From Cyanophora paradoxa CCMP329 (lineage: Eukaryota > Plantae > Glaucophyta): a DNA stretch of 64,000 nucleotides. The notes under the pieces are model-generated. The model was given only the letters and a program-made list of their open reading frames with translations. It did not search any database and was not told the origin of the DNA. This document shows, in pieces, positions 13,266-25,297 of the stretch (position 1 is its first letter; every line of letters begins with the position of its first letter). The stretch lies in NCBI GenBank assembly GCA_004431415.1, contig QPMI01000141.1, positions 97,720-161,719 of the forward strand, in the 5' to 3' direction. The translations under genes were made by a program, and so were the position numbers.

Positions 13266-14216
13266 TCATTCCTTGAGGAGGGCCTCGTAGTGGGCGAAGA
13301 GTTCCTCCTTGGGAAGCACGCCCTCGATCCGGTCCACCGGCTTCCCGCCCTGCGGGGGGTACGTATACGGCTCAGCGCGGGCGGGGGTGGGGGTGTTGGG
13401 GGTACACCGCGCCTTGAAGAGGATGAGGGTCGGGAGGCCGCGGATCTGGAACTTGGAGGCGATCGTGGGGTACCTGCTCGTTCGAAGGGGCCCTCGAGCT
13501 TAGGAGACGGGGCGCAGCAAGAGGGAGGGGCGCGGGCGGGCACACATGTCGGTGTCGATCTTGACGACGCGGACCTTGTCGCTCATTTGCGACGCCATCT
13601 GCCCCGCCGTCGGCGGCGGCGCGTGGTCGTGCGGGGCCTCGCCGCGCGGCGCTCACGCACCTCGGCCAGCATGGGCGCCAGCATTTGGCAGGGCCCGCAC
13701 CACGTCTGCCGCGCGATCGAGTTCAGGGCGGTCTGCCAGCGCGGCGCGGCGCTCGCGGCGCCAGCGGACCGCGAAGAAGTCCACCAGGAGCGGCGAATCC
13801 GACTCGGCGAGGAGGTCTGATCATGAGAGGCAGCTAGATATTAGGGCTGCGCAGCAGCGGGTGGCCAGTCGAGCGGCTTCGGGCTCGCTGCGCACCCTCG
13901 AAGGTCCCGTACTTTTTCTGCACGCCGGCTACGCAGCTGAAGCTGATCGCGGGCTGAGCGCGGGCTGCAGTGAACGTCCGGCCGCCGAAGAGCTGCGATG
14001 CTCCGAAGGCCGTCGACGCGGTACGGACGGCGCTGTACGAAGTCCGAGTCGTGGGCCGGTGCCTGCGACGCGGCCGCGTGAGCCCCTGTCAACGTCGGCG
14101 GCAATGACAACACTTCGAGAAGCGTACGCGGTGCGCTTTGAGGACCGCGATGCAGCAGCTGCGTTCGGAGTAGCCTTCGACGCCACAAGAACGCCGCCGG
14201 AGAAGGAGAACGCCAT
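13266..14216 (-). CDS. Plastid thioredoxin, y-type
   Basis: Transit-peptide-like MAFSFSGGVLVASKA. Spliced mature part KKYGTFEDLLAESDSPLLVDFFATWCGPCQMLAP ... VKIDTDMYPTIASKFQIRGLPTLILFK GGKPVDRIEG; VKIDT is typical of Trx-y. Confidence 0.88.
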
Positions 14217-14318
14217 TTTCGAGGATCTCTCGTGGGGTACGCGAGCGGCGGGTGCAACGAGTTTGAACAGACCACGGGCCACGGCCTGCAAGCGGCAGCA
14301 GCAACTGCGGCAGCAGCA

Positions 14319-16085
14319 ATGGTGGAAGAGCGTACGGCGAAGCGGGCGAGGAGTGATGTTGGCGGGAGCACTGGTGCGCCCTCGCAAACCCGGAGCGCTC
14401 GCTCGCTCGCTCCGCTCACGCGCGCCCCGCAGCGCCAGTTCCGAACTCGGGAGCGAGCCCGTCGAGCTCGAGCGCGCGGCTGTCGGCTCTGGAATCCCTG
14501 CCCGACGACGTCCTCGTGCGGATCCTGGCGAGTTCCACGGGCTCAAAGCGGGCCGATGGAGTGGTGGAGACGATCCCTCGCTTGCTTGCACGTGTCGCAC
14601 GGATCAGCCGTCGCTTCCGGCAGCTCGCGCAGGAGCCCGGCCTCTGGCAGCACGTGGTCCTAATTGATCCCTGCGACGCCACCGTCGAGGGCCTCGCGCG
14701 ACTGCCGGCCAAGACGCGGAAGGGCACCCAAAGCATCAGACTCCTCGAAAGTAAACTTTCGGACGACGGTTTCCACACCCTGCTTCAAGCCTTCGGCGAT
14801 CAACTTCAGGAGCTGCAGATCTTCTTCGACAATCAAACGGACATTCCGTTCTCAGCCTTGCCGTTGCTTCAGCATTTCAGCAGCCTCCGTTCTTTGACGC
14901 TTCACGCCACTCATCATCAGATGAGGGGTGTCGACGTCGCCGCGAAATCTAGCTCGGCGTTCGTGCAAAGATCGCTTGCTCTGCTTGGCACGTTGTCTCT
15001 TGGGACGCTCGATTTGTGGATGTTCCCTGTCTCAGTTAGCACACTACAGGCCATTGCAGCCGGGCCGTCGAGGGGTAAGCTTCGTCATTTTCTTGAGCGA
15101 CTGTCAGCTGAAATGAAAGCCGCAGAGACCCTCAGATCCCTCGAAGTCAGCGTGCTGCTCGCCGAAGGGGAGCCCCATACGGCAGCGATTGCGGCGATTG
15201 GATCGCTCGAGCAGCTTGAGAATTTGTCGCTGGGGTTTCGGACAGAGACGGATTGTTCGTTTTGTTGCCCTGACGTGTCCGACGATGACCTGAGGCCCCT
15301 TGCTGCGTTGACTTCTTTAAAAAGTGCGTCTTGCCCTTATCTTGAGAGCCGAACACTGTGTATGCGAGCTTATTCTCATCGCCAGAACTAGCAGCGCACT
15401 TCTTCCTGTTGTCGCTGGAGTTTCTCCGGCCATTGACCTCCCTCGCTGACTTGGACGCTTCGATTTCGGATTTTTTTTCTGATGGGGAGGTCGACTTCTC
15501 ACCGCTGTTGGCTTCGGCGGGTGTCTTGCGCCGTCTGCGAATGTCGCTCTACGGGACTGCTAGAAATTTGAATTCCTCCATCGTCACCGTGATCCCCCAA
15601 ATGTTGCTCCTGGAGGTTCGATTTTACTATCGCTCGCTGTCCTCCCATCTACTAACCGCCTTTGAGAAGGATCTGTCACTCGCTTGCGCAGACTCCATGC
15701 CAGCCCAACTCGCCGGCCAGGCCTTCGGCGGACTCAAGTGTCTTCGTAGCGTTACCATCGAGCGCTACAGCACTGCTGCAGGCGACTGCATACTTCCGGG
15801 CCCCTTCCTCAAGGCAAGTCTCGCGTCGATCCTTGCTCTACAGTCTCAAATAACGAACGCTTTTCGCAGCGCCTGGCCTCGGACGTGCCGAGCATCCAGA
15901 AGCTGCGCACCGGGGGCTTCTCGCTGCCGCTGCCCGAGGGCATCGACGCCGTCTCGGCCCTGCGCCGCCTCCCGAGGCTGGAGCTCGCCGGCCGCGCGGC
16001 CTCCTCCCTGGACGTCGAGGCCCGCCGCTACCTGCGCGCCGCGCTCCCCTTCACCCGGATCGTGTATGAGGATGGGGCGTCCTGA
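14319..16085 (+). CDS. F-box / leucine-rich repeat protein
   Basis: LESLPDDVLVRIL ... VARISRRFRQLAQEPGLW (F-box), then LxxLxL repeats (LQELQI, LRSLTL, LENLSL, LRSVTI). Confidence 0.8.
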
Positions 16086-16486
16086 TCGCCCTGAGTTCAC
16101 CCCCCCCCCCCCCCCCCCCCCGGCGCATTATCTCCTTTACGTAAGAAGCGCTGCACCTCCCGATTCTCTCCGGGCATGGCCTCCGGACCCCCCCCCCCCC
16201 CCCCCTCCCCCCCACCCCCTTTCTCTCCCCTCCCGGGCCCAGCACCCCTCCACTCTCGCTCTCACTGAGTCCCTCGCTCTTCTCTTCCCCCGCCCAACCC
16301 CCTCCTCCCCCCCCCCCCCCCGTCCCCTCTCGACCTTGACCCTTAGCGCTAGTGCTTCTTTATTTGTGAGCTAGCACTATGCAATTGTGTTTTTGAGCTT
16401 TTTGTGAGAACCACATTGGTCTTAGTCTTGGTCTTGCAAATTGGTAGCAATACCACGCAAGCCGTCATGCAGCCTCTGAGCTATGG

Positions 16487-17541
16487 CTACGTGGGGAAGT
16501 CGTCGACGCAGTCCGGGGCGTGTGACCAGCCCGCCAAGCACCTGCCCTCCGCCTCCAGCGCCCTCTTCGCCGCCTGCTCTCAGCCCTCAGATGCGGGAAA
16601 GTTAACGAGACCGGGACGGGCGGGGCAGGCCTGGTACGCGGTGGCCGCGCCCTTCGCCTCGCCGTACTTGAGGGGCCGGGGGGATACTGTCGCGCCGGCC
16701 TGCGGGGCGGCGTCGCGGGGCGCCGGAGGTGCCGGGTTTTAGGGGTACAGGAGAGGATGACCGTACCTTCGCATCCGTGGGCGCTGTGGCGTCGCCGCCG
16801 TCGCTGGGCCCGCTGCCGTCGCCGGAGGGGGGCGCGGGAGGCGCTGGCGCTGGCGCTGGCGCCGCCACACCGTCCTCGCTGCTCGAAGATGGTGCCTGAA
16901 AGGCCGGGTGAGAAGAAGGCGCGCGCTGGTGGGATGTGGGTTCGAAGGCACCGTCGGCGGCGGCAGCGACGGGGCGGCGAGGGGCGCGAGGGCAGGGGGC
17001 AGCTCCCCCGGGGGTACGAAGGCGCACAGGGCGCGGAAGGAATCGTACAGGCGCTCCTGCGGCGCCGTCGTACCCGAAAACGGCAGGAAAGGGAAGGGGG
17101 GGGGGGAGTGAAAGTGGGGTACCCACCTTGCAGATGGTGGCGCGACAGCCGGGCTTGGGTACGCCCTTCGTCGAGCAGCCATCTGGCAGCCCGCGTCAGA
17201 TGAGGTTGTGACGAAGAGGTGGGGGGGGGGGGGGGGGGCGAGGGTTGAAGGAGGATGGGGGGGGGGGTACGCACGGCGGCGGCCGAACTGGCTCATGGTC
17301 ACCTCGTGATCGTCGGGGGCGCTCCAGTTGATGGCTGAAGGGGGTACGGTGTTCAGGGCCAAGCGGAGGGGAAGAATGATGGAGTGCAGGGTCAGAAAAG
17401 GGGGTACCGCAGCCGGAGGCGACGCAGTTCTGCTCCCCGCGGGCGAACTCGAGGTGCTGCGGGGCCGGCGTGAGGCGCCGCGGAGACGGGAAAGGCGGCG
17501 GAGACAAAGCCTAGCACAGGAGAGGCAAGGCGGGAGGGAGG

Positions 17542-17575
<34 letters not shown>

Positions 17576-19001
17576 AGGATCCGCTCGCCTGCATGCCCCA
17601 CTCGAAGCAGAGGGAGGTCGGCAGCATCTCCGGCGGCTCGTGCGCGTACCCCTCCGGCAGCTCCTCCCCGGGGACGCCCTTCGCAATTTCTAGTTAGCGG
17701 AGGGGGGTCGAGCTCGGAGAGGGGGGTACCGAGATGCGAGAGACGAGGGCGCGGCGGAGGGCGCCCTCGTCGAAGAGGTCGCCCACGACGAGGGACGAAA
17801 GGCGCACGGGGTACGCCAAAAGGTGCGAGAGGAGGGCGCCCTGGAGGCCCAGCACGGCCCAGCGCGCCAGCTTGTCCGAGCAGCTCATGCAGTGCGTGCG
17901 CGGCCCCCGCCCCGGCTTCGTTCGCAGCGCGCCCGTCGCGTGCCATCCCGTTCCCGGCACCTGCGCCCGCCAGCTTAGAGGGAGGGCGGGGGTAGGGGAT
18001 CAGGGGATCAGGGGGCGCACGAGAGGGTCCGCGGGCCCGCCGGCGACGGGCTTGGCCCCCGTACGCCGCGTGTCCCCGGGCTCGGGCGGCGGCGAGGGCG
18101 CCGACGCGGGCGCCTCCGTCCGCGCCCGCTTCGCATCGGGCTCCGCCTCGCCCTCCGCCCCTCCGCTGGCCTCCGCTGCTGCCGCCGCCGCCGGCGCCTG
18201 GTCCTGCTTGGGGGTGCAGAGGCACCCGAAGCGCGCCTCGGGCCTCTCCATGAGCGAGATCGACGCGTCCCCGCCTGCGCTCGAGCCCGTGAGGGGCGGG
18301 GCGGAAGAGCGGTGAGAGGCGGCGCTCGCGTGCTGACAGGGCGCGTGGGAGGTGTACATGTGGTACTGGACGCCGCTCCGCAGCCGCGCGCGGAAGGGGC
18401 CGGCGGATGCCGCCCGCTCAAAGTCTGACGGCTCGCCCCGCAGCAGCTGCGACAGCTGCCGGTGCAGGTACCTGCGCCGCCGCGGGCGCGGGCGTCAGCG
18501 CCAGGCCGGTCTTAGTCAGCCCGCGGTGCAGCGCACTTGATGAAGGCCCGCCTGCAGATCACCTCGCCGCTGCGGGTGCCCCGGTAAGCTGGGCGCGGGC
18601 CGCGGCGCAACCGACTCGAGAACTCGAGCGCACTGCGAGTCGAACACGATCTCGCCCCGCCACTGCGACACATCGCCTCCACAGCACTTGCTGCGCGATC
18701 CGCATTGTATGCGCAGCAGGGCGCGGCGCGGCGCGGCGCGGGAGCCACAGCCGCTCACCTGCCGGTCCCAAGGCTGACCACGACGCTGGGCGCTCCAGGC
18801 TCGGTTTTCACGATACCGGCTAGCAGAGTCCACTCTGCGCGAGCGCTCGCGCGCGTCAGGACCGCGCGCGGGCCGAGCTTAGCTGATGCCGGCCGGCCGC
18901 GAGGGACGGGGGCGCTCGCCTTTGCCTTGGGGCTTGCCGTTCTTGGGCAGCTTGGCGAACTTCTCCAGCACCGCCCGCGCTATCGCGTCGCCGCGCTCCA
19001 T
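16487..19001 (-). CDS. ADAT1: tRNA-specific adenosine deaminase 1 (ADAT1/Tad1)
   Basis: [73 protein letters not shown]; no dsRBDs seen. Confidence 0.92.
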
Positions 19002-19075
19002 CTGGACGCGCGTACCCCCAAAACGCGGCTTGACCGTCAACTTGCGGCTTGCCTCGGCTTGACCGGCTGTTTTCG

Positions 19076-19670
19076 ATGGCGGCGACGATCCTGCCCCTCG
19101 GTGCGACGCCGCACCGCGCTGGAGGCCCTTCGCAAGCCTCCCTGATGGCGCCACCCGTTCCGCAGAGCTCATCGACAAGTGCATCGGGAGCAGGATATGG
19201 GTCCTTCTCAAGGGCGCGTCGCCCGCTTCGCGTGACCATTCAGCGTCCATCGCGCCCTCGGGGGCCTGACGCGTGCGGCAGGCGATAAGGAGCTCACGGG
19301 CATTCTGCGCGGCTTCGACGACTATGTCAATAGTGCGCCCCGGTCGCCTATGTGCTGCATCTTTAGCTGCTGATGCGGGCGTCCCGATTCGCCGCAGTCC
19401 TTTTGGCCGGCCCGCAACGCGAGCGCCCCGCCCCCATTCTCCTGCTGTACTTGACTCGCAGGCTCCTCCTCTTGGCGGCTCGCACATATGGTGATAGAAG
19501 ACGTGACCGAGTAGTGCGTGGAGCCCGCTGAGTGCCGGGGGGGCGCGGAGCTAACGCCGTCCGGCAGTGAGAACACGCCGGAGGGGCGGCGGCTCACGAA
19601 GCTGGAGCAGATTCTGCTCAACGGCAACAACGTCGCGATCCTCGTGCCCGGCGCCGAGCCCCCGGAGTAA
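19076..19670 (+). CDS. LSM5: Sm-like protein LSm5
   Basis: Spliced [83 protein letters not shown]. The intact YVNMV requires removing 19330-19485 (AT-AC). Confidence 0.96.
19330..19485 (+). other. U12-type AT-AC intron in LSM5 whose donor is split by a nested U2 intron (19333-19397)
   Basis: GTCA|ATA[GTGCGC...GCTGAT...CCGCAG]TCCTTTT...CTCGCAC|ATATG. Excising the bracketed 65 nt gives ATATCCTTTT. Confidence 0.88.
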
Positions 19671-20024
19671 CCCGCCGGCGCCCGCGCTCCTCGCGGTGCG
19701 CCGCGCCTAGCGCGGGGCGTTCGCCCGGCCCGCGGCGCGGCGCCCGCTCACGCTCCAGTTCCGCCCGCAGGCCCCGACCTAGTAGCTAGGTAGCTCATCA
19801 AGGATACTATGATAGGTGGCGCTCTTATATGGACCAGTGCTCCCGAGCTTAAGATGCTGCGCGCGCCGAGGGACGGGAAGCGCTAGCTCTCGAAGTCTAG
19901 GCCCGGCACCGGCGCAGGTGCATGCTGGGGCGGGTTGCGTGTACACGTACTTAAACAGGTAGATAAAGAAGAATGACTAGGGACCTCGCTCACGCAAGGC
20001 CGCAGGCGCACTAGGCTGGTCTAG

Positions 20025-23000
20025 CTAGGACGCGTAGGTGGGTATGCTCGCCGTGGAGGGGTTGTGCGAGGGCCCGGCACCCGGGGCGGCGGCGGCGCCC
20101 GTGGCGGCGCCGGTGGCCTGGCGTAGGAGAGATGGGTGGCGGGAGAAGAGGTTGCCGGAGCCCGGGCGGGGCGCCGACGAGGCGAAGGCCTTCTGCGCCT
20201 GCGCGTAGTCGCTGCTCGCGCTCGTCGGGCGCGACCCGCCCGCCCCCTTCGCCTCCGCCTGCAGCCTGCGAGGCGGCTCGGATCTCTCGAGGCGCAAATC
20301 TCTTAGCGTGGCTCGGGAGAGGGCGCGCTTCTCGATGAGTCGGTCCTTGGCCTCGATCGCGATGCGCGTCGCCTGCGCCTCCGCGTTCATCCGCCGCACC
20401 GTCTCCGCGTACCGCCGCTTCTCCTCCTCCAGGCCCCGGATGTACTGCGGGGGGTACGGGTTCGAAAGACGTGCGAATCGTTTTCCAGCGCGACTCACGT
20501 CGACGGTGGGGTTGGAGGCGAGGTCGTCGAGGACGCCCTGCCGGAGCTTCTGGAACTGGCTCTCCAGGCCGGCCTCGGGCCCGCCGGGCGACCCGGGCGC
20601 CGCGGGGGCCGTGTCGGGGCGGGGCCCCGCGGACTCGAGGCCGGCGCCGGGGCCGACGGGGGCGGTGCCCGGGCGGGAGAAGCCGGCGGAGAGGGAGCGT
20701 AAGGGGCCGCCGGAGGAGCCCGAGGCCGCCGTGCTCGGGCGCCCCCCCGCCCGCCCGCTGAACTTGTCCCCCGTCGGCCCCAGCGGCGCCGTCGCGGCCA
20801 CCGCGGCGCTGAAGGGCCGCGACACGGGCCGGCTCTGCGCCGCGGCGCGGGTCAGGGCCGGTCCGGGCCGGCTTCGAGAGAGGGGAGTCGGACCTGGGCG
20901 ACGAGGAGGTTGTTGCGCTCGCGCTGCTCCTCGACGAGGAGGAACTTGCGGATCTCCGACGCGTACGGGCACTTCTCGTAGTCGATCGGGCCCGGCCGGT
21001 CCCGCTTCGGGATGCGCGGCCGCGGGCCCATCGGCGACTGCTCCATCGGGTACTGCCTGCGGCGGAGCTTAGAGAAGACGGGGGAGCTTGATGGGACGGA
21101 AAGATGTACCCCCCGTCGAGGAGGAAGAGGAGCTTCTGGCAGTGGCGCGCGTACTTGTAGAGGTACTCGACCTGGCCGCGGAGGCTGCTGATCTCCTCCT
21201 TGGAGGAGGCCTTGAGCTCGGCGAGCTCGGAGGAGGTGCGCCGGAGCTCGCCCGTCCTGCCCTCCACCATGTTCTCCAGCGAGAGCTTCAGCGCCGAGAT
21301 CTCCGTGTCCTGGCCAAGCAAGGTGAGAGGGAGCAGCGCACGAGAAGCCAAGGCATATTCTCGCGGGAGGGGAGGGGGGACCTTGGCCTGCTTGACGGCG
21401 GCGAGGCGCTCGGCGTAGTCGCGCTCGAGGCGGTCCCGCGCGTTCGCCTCCAGCTGCGCGCCCGCCGGTCAGGGTCGGAGAGGGGTCCCCGGGCACTCGG
21501 CAGCCCCTCCTGTGGGACGCGTCGCACCTGGGCGGTCTCGCGGTTCTGGATGGAGGTGACGCGGAACTCCTCCGGCATCCGCCGCATCTGCTCCGTCAGG
21601 TCGCTGCCCCCGCCGCCCCGCCCCGTCAGAAGGAGGGGTGGGAAGGGGCCGCGGGGGAGGGAGGGCCTCCCCGCGGGCGCGCGCACCTGACGAGGCGCTG
21701 GTTGTTGGCGGTGAGCTCGGCGACGCTCGCGCTGTGCTGCGCCGCACGCTCCCGCGCCTCCAGCGCCGCCCGCGCCCGCATCTCATCCACCTCCTGCGTC
21801 AGCTCCCGCACCTGGAGGCGGCGTCAGGCGCGGGCGAGGCGGGGCGGGGGCGGAGGGGGGCGGGCCTTGTCGTTGAGGCGGCGCTCGGTGGTGGCGAAGC
21901 GGTCCGAGTCGGCGGCGTTCTTCTGCTGCGAGGCCGCCAGCTCCGCCTTCTTCTTCTCCACCCGCTGCGCCCGCGGCCGAGGGAGGTGAGCGAGCGCCCC
22001 GCCGGCGACGCCCGCCGGGCCGCTCCATTCTAAAGCTATCTAGAGACGGCGGACCTGGCGGAGCTCGGCGTTCTCCTGGCGGGCGCTCCGCAGGTACCCC
22101 TCCGTCGCCTCCAGCTGCGCCAGCAGCCGCGACTCATCGCCGGCGCCGGCGCCGCCGTGCGGGAGCGAGTGGGCCCGCCCCGTTGGGCCGCTGGAGCCCG
22201 GCCGGTGCGACCCCGCCTGCTGCTGCTGCGCCTGCTGCGCGCCCGGGGCCGCCGACGCAACCGACGAGCCGCCGGGCGGCTGCCACTTGTACGCGGCGCC
22301 GGAGGAGCCCGAGGCCGACGCAGCGGCGGCGGTGCCGAGGCCGGCGGCGGAGTAGGCGCCGGGGCGGCGGGGCGATCCGCATGGGCCCCGACTGCGGCTG
22401 CGGCGGGGCGCCCCAGGCCTGCTGCTCGGCGGGCCGCCCGGGGCCCGAGGGGCCCGACCCGTACTGCTGCTGCTGCGGCTGCGGCTGCTGCTGCGGCTGG
22501 GCCACGGAGGCGCCCGAGGCGCTGCTGCCGAGGGCGGAGGCGGAGGCGCTGGGCTGCACCTGCCCCGCCCGCGCGATCAGCGACGCGATGTGGTCCTCCT
22601 TGCGCTGCAGCTCCCGCCGCAGGTCCGCCACAAGCTGCCGCAGCTGCGCGTCCGACCGAGCGGGCGGGCGGGCGGGTGAGGCGAGGGGCGCGGGCGGGTG
22701 AGGCGAGGGGCGCGGGCGAGGCGGTCCGCTTCGAGCCGGGAAGGGAGGGCACCTGGGCGATCTCGTCGGTGAGGCGGGCGATGCGCTTCTCCTGCCCCGC
22801 CGCCCGCGCGTCCACGTAGTTCACCCGCGGCCGGTTCGTCACGTTCTGGCACCGGTTCGCGAACTGCGCGGGGGGGCGGGGGGCGCGCGCCCCGTCAGCC
22901 CCGCCGCCGCCGCCGCCTCGGCCCCGCCGGCTGCGGCGGGGCCCCACCTGGAGGGTGTTGAGGCACTCCTCGTAGTTGGCGACCGTCGGGTTCAGGCACG

Positions 23001-24929
23001 CCAGCAGCGTCGTGTACGAGTTGCCCCCGATGCTGCCCGGGGGGGGGCGAGGCGCGTCGGCGGCGCGCTCGGGGCCGCGCGGGCTCGCGGGGCCGCACCT
23101 GTTCTGGAGGATGCGGGTGAGCTTGGAGTCGCGGTAGCCGACGTGGCGGGCGGGGCCCCCCGCCCCGTCCTCCCCCTTGTCCAGCGACACCACCACCTGC
23201 GCGGGCCCCCTCGCATCGGCTCTGCTCCGCGCGGTGCGGGCGGCCGCCTCTAGCGTCCCCTCCAGCTAGCCAGCCGGCTAGGCCAGCGACGCCGGCTAAC
23301 CCAGAAGAGGGGCGGGGGGGTCCCGGGGCGGGGCTCGGTGGCGGGCGGACCTTGCCAAGAGCGGTGAGGGACTGGTTGATCATGACGGCCTCCTTCAGCC
23401 GCTGGCCCTCGCTCTGCCGCCCCCCCGCCAAGCGAGGTTCAGCAAGCAGCGAAGGGGGGGAGGATATCGCCGGGCGGGGCGGGGCGGGGGCGCCTGGCTC
23501 TTGGCGATGCGCTCGGAGCCGGCGAGGTCGACGAGGTTCAGCACGCCCGTCACCGTCTCCGCCTCCATGTCCGCCGCCCCCGACCGCGCTGCCCGGGGCC
23601 TTCAGGACAACCCTCCGGGCCCGGGGCCGGGGCCGGGGCGGGGCCGGGGGCCGGGGGCGCACGGGACTGGAGGACGGTGATGGCGAGGACGGTGTGGGAG
23701 CGGGAGCTCGTCTGGTTCATCGCCGTCTCGTGCGTCGCCCGCCGCGCCAGCCCCGCCGCGATCACCTCCATCACCTGGGGCCCCCCTGTCAGCCTCCAGC
23801 CGCCCCGCCCCGCGCAGCCCCGCTCGAGCGCACCTCGTCGACGGAGGAGACGGGGATCATGGAGAGGTCCTTGACGTAGACCTCCCCCTTCGGCGTCTCG
23901 TGGATCTCCAGGTCCCCCGAGGCCCCGCCGCCCCCGCCCCCGGACCCGGCGCCGCTGCTCCGCCGCGGCGACGTGGCGCCCCCCGACGACGGCCGCCGCC
24001 GCAGCGCGCTCCCCGGCCGCCGCACCGCCGCCCGCTTCCCCGCGTTCTGGTCCAGGTACGCCCGCCCCAGGTCCCGGATCTGATCCAGGTAGTTCTCCAG
24101 GAACGACACGAAGACGCCGAAGTGACTGTAGGGGGACTGCCCGCGCCCGGCTCGGGGCGCGCTCCAGAGGGCGGGGGAGAAGGGAGGGGAGGGCAGGCGC
24201 GCCTGCTTGCCGATCTGCTCGAAGATGTGCTGCACGGCGCGGGGCGCGATGCCGAGCCGGTCCGGCATCTCCCCGAACATGCTGCGGGCGAAGACACGTT
24301 CGGAACGGGCTCCGCGGCGCGCGGCGCTGCGCGGCGAGCGCGCGGCCGAGAGAAGAGAAGAGGGGAGGGGCGCGCCTGTAGGTCTTGCCGGAGCCGGTCT
24401 GCCCGTAGGCGATGCAGCAGGCGTTGAAGCCTTGCAGCACGTGGTCGATCAGCGGCCTGCACATCTGCCGCCCCCAGCCCCGCGTCAGCCGCGCCGCTCC
24501 TCCTGCACGGTTGCTGGGGCGGCCGTCCGAGGCTCGCCCGCTATCGATTCGTGGGGGAGAAAGGGGCGAGGCGCCCCAAAGCCGCGGAGCCGGGCGCACC
24601 CGGTCGTACACGTCCTGCTGGGTCGCCTCGCCCTTGAGGAAGCCGTCGAAAGCGAACTCGCGCTCCCCGCCCCGAATGGGGTCCTTGATAGTGATGACAT
24701 CGTCGGGGCTCACCGTGATCATGCCCCCCATCGCCTCTGGAGGCTGCGGGCGCAGCCGCACGTGGACCCGCACATTGGCAGAGTCCACCTGGATCTGCTT
24801 GCCCGCCGAGGGCGCCGCCGCTTCTTCGGGCTGCTGTGGGTCCAGTTAGCTAAAAGCGGCCGCGGAGGGCGGGCGGCCCGGTCCTTAACGAAAACGCATA
24901 GAAAAGCTCGGTTCGGCTCGAACCTGCAT
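20025..24929 (-). CDS. N-terminal motor kinesin with coiled-coil tail
   Basis: NVRVHVRLRP, FAFD, AYGQTGSGKTYS, SFLENY, MNQTSSRSH, LNLVDLAGSER, INQSLTALG, HVGYRDSKLTRILQNSIGGNS, TLQFANR. Confidence 0.93.
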
Positions 24930-25297
24930 CTAGCGCCCACTCGGCGAGCCTGCTGGCTATGCGCCGACAACTCCGAGCCTCGTCAACGCGCGGTCCGAGC
25001 TACGCTTCTCTTTTCTGCGCCTTGGTATAGCTCTTCGGATCCTCTCGAGGCTAGTCAGGAAACCGCCCGCCTCTGTGCTGTATTTGCAGCTGGCCGGTTA
25101 TAAGATTCTGTACCCCCTTAAAGAAGTTCTGAGTTCTCAGTTCTGTTGCACTTCCGGCCCTCCCCGCGAGCTCCAGCGCACTGTAGAGCACGGGGCAGGT
25201 CTACCGCATTGTTTCGAGCAAGAGCTGAGTGCCAGCACTGCCAGCGCCGTCTCCCTTTCCTGCAGTAGCACAGCCGCCGCCCAGCCCAACCGCATAC

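Noticed and set aside
19796-19808. GTATCCTT on the minus strand
   Set aside because: Outside any CDS, with no supporting branch site or acceptor; probably chance.
23455-23470. ATATCCTCC inside a kinesin intron as a U12 donor
   Set aside because: It lies mid-intron; GC-AG boundaries already restore ERIAKSQSEG, and there is no matching AC acceptor.
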